Of a stretch of DNA of 14,437 bases, positions 8,630-14,437 are shown in pieces. Position numbers and translations under genes: made by a program. This DNA is from Vulcanimicrobiota bacterium (GTDB lineage: Bacteria; Vulcanimicrobiota; Vulcanimicrobiia; Vulcanimicrobiales; Vulcanimicrobiaceae): assembly GCA_963786105.1 (NCBI GenBank), contig CAWAXX010000005.1, positions 1 through 14,437 of the forward strand. The letters run 5' to 3'. The notes beneath the pieces were generated by a model. The model worked only from the letters and a program-made list of their open reading frames with translations, was not told where the DNA came from and did not search any database. Every line of letters starts with the position of its first letter. Position 1 is the first letter of the stretch.

Positions 8630-9151
8630 CTAGGGTTTCGGAATGAGATCGGCCGGCGTTTGCGCGTCGGTCACGGCACCCTGCTCGACGTCTTTGAGGG
8701 TCCGCTCGCGTTGTTTATCGCCGAACTCAAAAAGCTGTTCGATGCGGTACTCGTGACGTCCGCCGTCGAACGGCGTATCCAAGTAGACGTCGAGCATCCG
8801 TTCGATCATCTCCCACCCGGTGAGGCGCTCCGAAAACGCCATGACGTTGCAATCGTTGTGCCGGCGCGCGAGCTCGGCCGAGTACGGTTCGGAAACCGGA
8901 GCGCAGCGAATGCCGGGAACTTTATTCGCGGCCATGGCGATGCCCAAACTCGAGCCGCAAACGAGGATCCCGCGGTCGGCTTGCCCGCTGGCAACGGCTT
9001 CACCCACCGCATACCCGTATTGCGGATAGTCTACCGGCGTGGGGTCTCCAGTTCCGAAGTCCAGCACCTGGTGGCCTTTTTCGCGCAGGACTCGTGCGAT
9101 ACGATCCTTGTATTCGAAACCGGCGTGATCGGCACCAACGGCTATTTTCAT
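8630..9151 (-). CDS. rpiB: Ribose-5-phosphate isomerase B (RpiB/LacA/LacB family)
   Basis: ATG 9151 gives [11 protein letters not shown]...VDYP...[23 protein letters not shown]...RRHNDCNV...FDGGRH. GAGGA lies upstream. Confidence 0.93.
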   Translation of the reverse strand: MKIAVGADHAGFEYKDRIARVLREKGHQVLDFGTGDPTPVDYPQYGYAVGEAVASGQADRGILVCGSSLGIAMAANKVPGIRCAPVSEPYSAELARRHNDCNVMAFSERLTGWEMIERMLDVYLDTPFDGGRHEYRIEQLFEFGDKQRERTLKDVEQGAVTDAQTPADLIPKP

Positions 9152-9213
9152 ATTTTTGTCGGGGTCCTCGTCGAGCAAGAAGCGCGCACCAGGCGGTCGA
9201 ACGACGGACGCCG

Positions 9214-9942
9214 ATGAAGCTAGCCTGTGCGAGCGGCGCGCTCCACTCTTCGTTCGTTCGCGGCGATCTCACCCAACTCGAGTTTATCGATCTCTGCGCG
9301 CACGAGCTCGCTTGCGACGGCGTGGTGTTAGACGTGCGGCACTTTCCGCGCACCGACGAAGACTACCTCGCGCAGGTCAAGAAGATGGCCGTCGACCGGG
9401 GACTCAGCATCGCGGCGGTTGCCGCCACGGCGTTTTTTGGATCCGACGAGCGTGCGATGTCCCAGATGCTGGGATTCGCAGCGGCGCTCGGGGCTCCGCT
9501 GCTTGCCGGCAAACTGGCGCGCGAGATCGACGGTTCCTGGAGCGAACAGCTGGCGCGTTTGAACGTCGCGACGTTGCTGGCGAAAGCGGCCAACGTCACC
9601 CTGGCGATTCGCAACGCACCGGGTACGTTCGCCGCGACGACGCACGACTGCAAGCGCGTTTCAAAGGAAGCCGATTCGGCATGGCTGCGCTTCGGGCCGG
9701 AGCCGCGCGCCTTCGACGCCGCCAGCGACCCTGCGGAACTGGCTGCCAACAGCGTGTTGCTGTGGAGTAACGCCGGCGACGAATCCGAGCGCTCGATTGA
9801 CGACGTGACGCACGGCTTTTCGGCGTTTCGAGGCCACCTGGCCCTCGACGAACCTTCCGGCGACGCAAGCGTCCCCGACGTGCGCGCCGCGATGCGCTCT
9901 TGGCGGATCGCGCTCGCATCGCTCGATCGCCATCGCACGTAG
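9214..9942 (+). CDS. Sugar-phosphate isomerase/epimerase-like (xylose isomerase/AP-endonuclease-2 TIM barrel) protein, apparently degenerate
   Basis: ATG 9214 gives MKLACAS...LTQLEFIDLCAHELACDGVVL...FPRTDEDYLAQVKKMAVDRGLSI...NVTLAIRN...ADSAWL...FRGHLALD. This follows the family's repeating beta/alpha pattern. The longer track ORF overlaps rpiB. Confidence 0.75.
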   Translation: MKLACASGALHSSFVRGDLTQLEFIDLCAHELACDGVVLDVRHFPRTDEDYLAQVKKMAVDRGLSIAAVAATAFFGSDERAMSQMLGFAAALGAPLLAGKLAREIDGSWSEQLARLNVATLLAKAANVTLAIRNAPGTFAATTHDCKRVSKEADSAWLRFGPEPRAFDAASDPAELAANSVLLWSNAGDESERSIDDVTHGFSAFRGHLALDEPSGDASVPDVRAAMRSWRIALASLDRHRT

Positions 9943-9944
9943 CG
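9934..9944 (+). repeat. 11-bp direct repeat CGCACGTAGCG, copy 1 (end of TIM-barrel gene)
   Basis: Exact match to 10949-10959. Both copies encode Arg-Thr-stop. Confidence 0.85.
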
Positions 9945-9952
9945 CTCGCACG

Positions 9953-10957
9953 ATGCTGGGTGCACGCTTCGAAACCGAAATCCGCGAGCAGCCCGACGCG
10001 TGGTGCCGGCTGGCGCGCTCCAGCGCAGCGACGGAACTCGCGCGGGCGATTCGCAATCGCGACGTCGTCTTGCTCGGCAGCGGTAGTTCGTTGTTCGTCG
10101 CGCAGCTCGGAGCGCTCGCGTTGCGGCGCCAAGGAATGCGCGCGCACGCGCTGGCAGCGACCGAAGCACCGCACGACTATGCTGCGTACCGCAACGCCGT
10201 TGCGATCGTCTGTTCGCAGAGTGGCGAATCCGAGGACGTACTCTCCGCACTCGACGCCGTACGGCCCGCTACGGTCGTCGCCCTCACGAACAGCCCTCAT
10301 TCGACGCTGAGCAAGCGCGCCGCGCTGGTCGTCGACGTCGGTGCCGGGACGGAACTCGCCGTCCCCGCCAGCAAGAGCGTGAGCGCGACCGCGGCCGTGC
10401 TGCTCTGGACGGCGGACGTACTCGGTCCGTCACCCGGCGACTGCGCGCTCGCGCTAACGATGACGGCGCAGCGCGTGAGCGAATGGCTCGACGGCCCCGA
10501 TCTCGCGGTCGTACGCGAGGCAGCGCAGCACGTCGCTCCGCAACGCAGCGTAATCGTCGTCGGAAGCGGCGACGGCGTACCGATCGCGCTCGAGTGCGCG
10601 CTAAAGATCAAAGAGGCAAGTTACCTACACGCCGAAGGATTCGCGGCCGGCGAGTTCGGCCACGGGAGCGCGGCGATTCTCGACGATTCGTACGCGGCGA
10701 TCGGAATTGTGGACGAGGCGTCGCGCCGCGTGGTGGAGCGGCCGATGCGCGCGGCCGTGCGAGCCGGCAGCCGGTGCTATGTAATTGGCGAAACCCTCGA
10801 CGGCATACCGCTTCTCGGCCCGGTGGTTAGCGGAACGTTCCGTGCGCTCGCGTGGCTGGTCGCGGCCCAAACGCTCGCGCTTTTCGTTGGACGCGCGCGA
10901 AACGTCGACAGCGACGCTCCGCGAGGCTTGTCGAAGGTGGTACTCAACCGCACGTAG
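9953..10957 (+). CDS. Stand-alone double SIS-domain protein (GlmS isomerase-domain-like; possible glucosamine-6-phosphate deaminase)
   Basis: EIREQP, LGSGSS, SQSGES, ALTN, ALKIKEASYLHAEG, GEFGHG and DAPRGLSKV parallel the GlmS C-terminal motifs. There is no N-terminal glutaminase domain. Confidence 0.88.
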   Translation: MLGARFETEIREQPDAWCRLARSSAATELARAIRNRDVVLLGSGSSLFVAQLGALALRRQGMRAHALAATEAPHDYAAYRNAVAIVCSQSGESEDVLSALDAVRPATVVALTNSPHSTLSKRAALVVDVGAGTELAVPASKSVSATAAVLLWTADVLGPSPGDCALALTMTAQRVSEWLDGPDLAVVREAAQHVAPQRSVIVVGSGDGVPIALECALKIKEASYLHAEGFAAGEFGHGSAAILDDSYAAIGIVDEASRRVVERPMRAAVRAGSRCYVIGETLDGIPLLGPVVSGTFRALAWLVAAQTLALFVGRARNVDSDAPRGLSKVVLNRT

Positions 10958-11127
10958 CGTCTGCCGCCTTTGGTGATTCGAACCCGCGTCTCGCAGGTGG
11001 GTGCGGCCCGGGCGCAGGGTCGGCAGGCATTGAGCCCAAGCCTTCCCGTCGTATCCGGAGCTGATGCTCCCTATGTATCACTATCGGCTCGGCACCTAAA
11101 GCGGTGCGCGCCACGCGCAGTCGAGCC
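10942..11127 (-). ncRNA. ssrS: 6S RNA
   Basis: About 185-nt rod on the minus strand. 5' GCUCGACUGCGCGUGGCG pairs with 3' CGCUACGUGCGGUUGAGU, using G-U pairs that fix the strand. CCGCUUUAGGUG/CACCAAAGGCGG and CGAGCC/GGUUCG stems flank an A-rich central bubble GAUAGUGAUACAUA, followed by GGGAGC. The 3' side carries CACCCACCUGCGAGACGCGGGUUCG, resembling Firmicutes-type 6S. Ends are approximate. Confidence 0.88.
10949..10959 (+). repeat. 11-bp direct repeat CGCACGTAGCG, copy 2 (end of SIS gene; part of the 6S RNA 3' closing strand)
   Basis: Exact match to 9934-9944. Confidence 0.85.
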
Positions 11128-11132
11128 CCTCT

Positions 11133-11141
11133 ACCGTACCA
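11133..11141 (-). promoter_or_regulatory. Putative extended -10 promoter element (TGgTACGGT) for 6S RNA
   Basis: Matches TGnTAnnnT and lies 6-7 nt upstream of the predicted 5' end of the 6S closing stem. No well-spaced -35 element. Confidence 0.55.
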
Positions 11142-11156
11142 CCCTCGGTCAAGCCC

Positions 11157-11185
11157 TTGATTTACGATTCGTTTCGTGCTAGAGG
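11157..11185 (+). promoter_or_regulatory. Possible sigma70-type promoter for the DUF1905/YdeI gene
   Basis: TTGATT-N17-TAGAGG with TG just upstream of the -10, in an AT-richer intergenic stretch. The last -10 base is non-consensus, and AGAGGG could instead be the RBS. Confidence 0.35.
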
Positions 11186-11195
11186 GTTTTTGAGA

Positions 11196-11660
11196 ATGGC
11201 TCACCGTTTTCGTACAAAACTCGAAGGCAGCGACGAGTCGGCGGCGACCTACGCGTTGGTCCCCGCCCCGACGATGCGCGCGTTCGAAGGGCGTACGCGC
11301 GTGCCGGTGCGCGTCACCGTCAACGGGGTAACCTGGCGCACGACGATTTGTAACATGGGTGCAGGTCCGATGATCGGCGTAACCGCCGCGGTGCGCAAAG
11401 CCGCCGGCATCGAGCGCGGCGACCGGATAACGCTCGACGTCGAACGCGACACCCAAGAACGCACCGTCGACGTGCCGGCGGATTTCGCAAAGGCGTTGCG
11501 CGCCTCCGAGCGCCGTGCGTTCGATGCCATGTCATACACGCATCGTAAAGAATACGTCGGGTGGATCGAAGGTGCGAAGAAACCCGAAACGCGGCTCCGC
11601 CGCATCGAAAAAGCACGCGAAAAGCTGCGCGAACGCATCGCGTCATCCGCGCGGTCCTAG
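11196..11660 (+). CDS. DUF1905 + YdeI/OmpD-associated domain protein
   Basis: ATG 11196. RVPVRVTVNGVTWRTT...VRKAAGIERGD (DUF1905-like) is followed by VPADFAKAL...FDAMSYTHRKEYVGWIEGAKKPETRLRRIEK (YdeI/OmpD-associated). Confidence 0.9.
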   Translation: MAHRFRTKLEGSDESAATYALVPAPTMRAFEGRTRVPVRVTVNGVTWRTTICNMGAGPMIGVTAAVRKAAGIERGDRITLDVERDTQERTVDVPADFAKALRASERRAFDAMSYTHRKEYVGWIEGAKKPETRLRRIEKAREKLRERIASSARS

Positions 11661-11694
11661 CCAACATGGCGGGAACGCGTGATCGGCGCATATC

Positions 11695-12207
11695 ATGCAG
11701 GTTACGACGATCGCAGCGGCGCGCATCGCGTACGTTCGTCACGGGGCGCTTTCGGTGCCGCGCAACGCCGATCGCGACTATTGCGCGGCCAAGGCGTATC
11801 TTTCACGCGACGCGGTCGAGCGTTCGCTGTTCGATCGCCTGGAACGCTCCCGCGGACGCCACTATCGCCTAACCATCGACCATCGAAACGACGACCACTT
11901 CGACCCGGTTACCGATACGATCGCGTGGGATCCGCATTCCGCGATCCGCACGACGAGCGGCGGCCGCCAGTCGCCGGCGCTCGGATTGGGACACGAGGTC
12001 GATCATGCCGTCGAATCGCCCTCACGTGAAGCGTCGCTGGCCGGTCGATGGAGCCGGCCGTACGACACCGCCGAGGAACGGCGCGTTATCACCGGTTCCG
12101 AACGGCACGCCGCGCGCACGCTCGGCGAAGGCGTACGCCACGATCACCGCGGCTTCTGTTATCACGTCGCTTCACCCATTCGCATGCAATTCTTTAGAGC
12201 TCCCTAA
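11695..12207 (+). CDS. Hypothetical protein with HExxH zinc-metallopeptidase motif (M91/NleD-like resemblance)
   Basis: 170-aa ORF that fills the gap between two co-oriented genes. Contains SPALGLGHEVDHA and downstream YDTAEERRVITGSE...LGEGVR. Confidence 0.7.
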   Translation: MQVTTIAAARIAYVRHGALSVPRNADRDYCAAKAYLSRDAVERSLFDRLERSRGRHYRLTIDHRNDDHFDPVTDTIAWDPHSAIRTTSGGRQSPALGLGHEVDHAVESPSREASLAGRWSRPYDTAEERRVITGSERHAARTLGEGVRHDHRGFCYHVASPIRMQFFRAP

Positions 12208-12246
12208 CGGCGAGGAACGGCGAACGGCGGGTGGAAAGCGCCTAGC

Positions 12247-13266
12247 ATGTCCGATCTGACGGTGACGGTGGCGCCGCTCGAGCTGCCGCTCGTCCATCCT
12301 TTCAAAATCGCACGGGGTGAAGAAACGGTCGCAAGAACCGCACTCGTCCGCGTGCGCGCCGGCGATCTTGAAGGCCTCGGCGAAGCCGCGCCCACCGATC
12401 GCTACGGCGAATCCGTCGAAAGCGTGATCGACTACTTTGCGACGCACGCCCTCGCAACCGGCAATCCCTATCGCCTCGAGGACCTACTGCATTCCGGAAT
12501 TCCGCCGGCCGCGCGAGCGGGCCTCGACCTCGCGCTGCACGACCTCATCGGCAAAGACTTGGGCAAACCGCTATACGAGCTGTTCGGCTTAGATCCGGAA
12601 CTGACGCCGGTGACCTCGTTTACCATCGGCATCGCCGATCCCGAGACGACTCTGCGCAAAGTGGCCGAAGTGGGCGATCATCCGATCCTCAAAGTCAAAC
12701 TCGGCAGCGGCACCGCTAACGAACAAATCGAAACGATTGCCCTTATTCGGCAACGGTATCGCGGAATAATTCGAATCGACGCAAACGAGGGTTGGGACGT
12801 GGAAATCGCCGTCCGAATTCTCAAAGAACTCGAACGCTTCGAGATCGAGTTTTGCGAGCAGCCGGTGCCGGCCGGTCATCCCGAACAGCTTCGGGCGATT
12901 CGCGAGCGGGTTTCGATCCCGATCGTGACCGACGAGGATTCGCTGGTAGCCGGCGATCTGCCGGCGCTGTACGGCTGCGTCGACGGCGTCAACGTCAAGC
13001 TTGCCAAGACGGGCGGCTTGCGCGGCGCGCTCGCGATGATTCACGCCGCGCGCGCGATGAACCTGAAGATCATGCTCGGCTGCATGGTCGAAAGCGCGGT
13101 TTGCGCCACCGCGGCAGCCCACATCTCGCCGTTAGTCGACTGGGCCGACATCGACGGACCGTTCCTCACGGCCCGCGATCCCTTCGCCGGCGTAACCTAC
13201 GATCGCGGGAAACTGATCCTGCCCGACGCTCCCGGGCTGGGAGTCCACGAAGTCGTTCCGGCGTGA
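12247..13266 (+). CDS. Dipeptide epimerase (L-Ala-D/L-Glu epimerase / DgcA-like, enolase superfamily MLE subgroup)
   Basis: PFKIARG, KxK (LKVKLG), metal ligands in IDANEG, FCEQP and TDED, second Lys in NVKLAK, GCMVES, and the DxD motif (ADIDG). Confidence 0.93.
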   Translation: MSDLTVTVAPLELPLVHPFKIARGEETVARTALVRVRAGDLEGLGEAAPTDRYGESVESVIDYFATHALATGNPYRLEDLLHSGIPPAARAGLDLALHDLIGKDLGKPLYELFGLDPELTPVTSFTIGIADPETTLRKVAEVGDHPILKVKLGSGTANEQIETIALIRQRYRGIIRIDANEGWDVEIAVRILKELERFEIEFCEQPVPAGHPEQLRAIRERVSIPIVTDEDSLVAGDLPALYGCVDGVNVKLAKTGGLRGALAMIHAARAMNLKIMLGCMVESAVCATAAAHISPLVDWADIDGPFLTARDPFAGVTYDRGKLILPDAPGLGVHEVVPA

Positions 13267-14330
13267 CCCGCCGGCGGTATCTCATCCTCGCGCCCGAGCG
13301 GTTTGCCATCGACGCGAAGACCGCACACGGCGTGATTCGCTACGGTGCCGACGACGTCGTTGCCGTCGTTGACCCGTCGTGCGCCGGCCGTCGCGTGCGC
13401 GACGTGCTTCCGCATCTCCGCAGCGACGCGCCGATCGTCGCGAGCGTCGCCGAAGCCTTGCCGTTGGAACCAACCGCGTTGTTAATCGGAACCGCTCCGC
13501 GCGGCGGCGCCTTACCGGCGTCTTGGCGGCAGGACATTCTCGCCGCCATTGCGGCGCGGCTCGAAATCGTGAGCGGTTTGCACGACATGCTCGACGACGA
13601 TCTCGAGTTTCACGCGGCCGCGATGCGGTCCGGCGCGACGATTTGGGACGTGCGCAAACCACCCGACGTCCCTTTATTCAGCGGCGACGTCTACGGCGTT
13701 AAAGCGCCGATCGTGTTGACCGTCGGCAACGATTGCGCGGTCGGTAAGATGAGCGTCGCCCTGGAGCTCGTGCGCGCAGCTCGCGAAGCCGGAAAAGCTA
13801 ACCCTCGCTTCGTGCCGACCGGACAAACCGGTATCATGATTGCGGGTTGGGGCATTTCGGTCGATCGCGTGGTTGCCGACTTTGCGCCAGGTGCCGCCGA
13901 GCAGCTAGTACTGTACGCCGCTCACGAAGGGTCCGATTTGATCGTCGTTGAGGGACAAGGGGCCATCAATCATCCGGCGTACGCGCCGGTGACCCTCGCG
14001 CTCATGTTCGGCAGCGCTGCGGACGCGCTGGTGTTGGTGTGCGACCCGCGCCGCCGGCAGATCGAAGAGTACTCGACCCCGACGCTCGGCTACCGGGCAC
14101 TCATCGACCTTCACGAGGCGCTGCTCGCGACGGTCAAACCAGCCGGCATCGTCGGCGTCGCTCTCAATACGCGCGAGCTGTCCGAAAACCAGGCGCGCGA
14201 CGAGATCGCGCGGGCGCGCGCGGAAACGGGACTGCCCGCCGACGACGTCGTGCGTTTTGGCGCGGACCGCTTCTACGGCGAAATCGCTCCACGCATCGTC
14301 AAGCGAGCGCCGCTCGGCAGCCGCGCGTAG
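13263..14330 (+). CDS. DUF1611 domain-containing protein (DgcN-like, P-loop-like)
   Basis: GTG 13263 overlaps the epimerase stop (GTGA). Motifs AKTAHGVIRY, IGTAPRGG, IVSGLH, LTVGNDCAVGKM, PTGQTGIMI and VEGQG. Confidence 0.92.
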   Translation: MTRRRYLILAPERFAIDAKTAHGVIRYGADDVVAVVDPSCAGRRVRDVLPHLRSDAPIVASVAEALPLEPTALLIGTAPRGGALPASWRQDILAAIAARLEIVSGLHDMLDDDLEFHAAAMRSGATIWDVRKPPDVPLFSGDVYGVKAPIVLTVGNDCAVGKMSVALELVRAAREAGKANPRFVPTGQTGIMIAGWGISVDRVVADFAPGAAEQLVLYAAHEGSDLIVVEGQGAINHPAYAPVTLALMFGSAADALVLVCDPRRRQIEEYSTPTLGYRALIDLHEALLATVKPAGIVGVALNTRELSENQARDEIARARAETGLPADDVVRFGADRFYGEIAPRIVKRAPLGSRA

Positions 14331-14437
14331 GTGAGCCCGACGCCGATTCGTTTCATCGCCGCCGTTTTGCTCGCTGCCGTAACGGTGAGCGCCTGCGCGC
14401 AGCGGGGCGCTTCCTCCGGCCGCAACGGCGAACGCAA
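14331..14437 (+). CDS. Putative lipoprotein, N-terminal fragment (possibly an ABC-transporter substrate-binding protein)
   Basis: GTG directly after the DUF1611 stop gives MSPTPIRFIAAVLLAAVTVSACAQRGASSGRNGER: a basic residue, a hydrophobic core and the lipobox VSA-C. Open to the window end. The product guess rests on context only. Confidence 0.6.
   Translation, partial: MSPTPIRFIAAVLLAAVTVSACAQRGASSGRNGER

Noticed and set aside
9363..10300. Long minus-strand ORFs (295 aa, 234 aa) opposite the TIM-barrel and SIS genes
   Set aside because: Antisense shadows with Arg/Ser/Ala-rich low-information translations.
10971..10987. tRNA-like T-loop plus CCA (GCGGGTTCGAATCACCA on the minus strand)
   Set aside because: GCGGG cannot pair with CACCA to form a T-stem and no cloverleaf is present. 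The bases are accounted for by the 6S stems.
10944..11456. 170-aa minus-strand ORF and the 70-aa plus-strand ORFs crossing the 6S region
   Set aside because: They overlap the YdeI-type gene antisense and the structured RNA, and show no protein-like features.
12792..13262. N-terminal 157 aa of the 512-aa track ORF
   Set aside because: It overlaps the epimerase in another frame. DUF1611 similarity begins at GTG 13263.
1..14437. CRISPR array, transposase/integrase, rRNA or riboswitch
   Set aside because: No regularly spaced repeats or recombinase motifs were seen. All intergenic gaps other than the 6S locus are too short (62 nt or less) for such elements.

Overview
GC-rich bacterial chromosomal window, mostly housekeeping genes. 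The left 9.1 kb (minus strand) is one tightly packed run: rpiB, glyA, dCMP deaminase, wecA-like, wecB, atpZ-like, atpI, atpB, atpE, b', b, atpH, atpA. atpA runs off the left edge. Divergently (plus strand) lie an apparently metal-site-less xylose-isomerase-like TIM-barrel gene and a stand-alone GlmS-type SIS-domain gene. These are followed by a convergent ~185-nt 6S RNA (minus strand, absent from the ORF track) whose 3' stem overlaps the last codons of the SIS gene. Further right (plus strand) are a DUF1905/YdeI-OmpD gene, a stand-alone HExxH metallopeptidase-like ORF, a dipeptide epimerase plus DUF1611 pair (DgcA/DgcN-like) and the start of a lipoprotein. The best leads are an 11-bp direct repeat, matching the 6S 3' end, that brackets the SIS gene (possible insertion scar), the degenerate TIM barrel, the orphan peptidase, unusual Fo ion-path residues and several 'bridging' mini-ORFs. 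No CRISPR array, transposase or rRNA/tRNA was seen. My impression that the source is Eremiobacterota-like is unverified inference.
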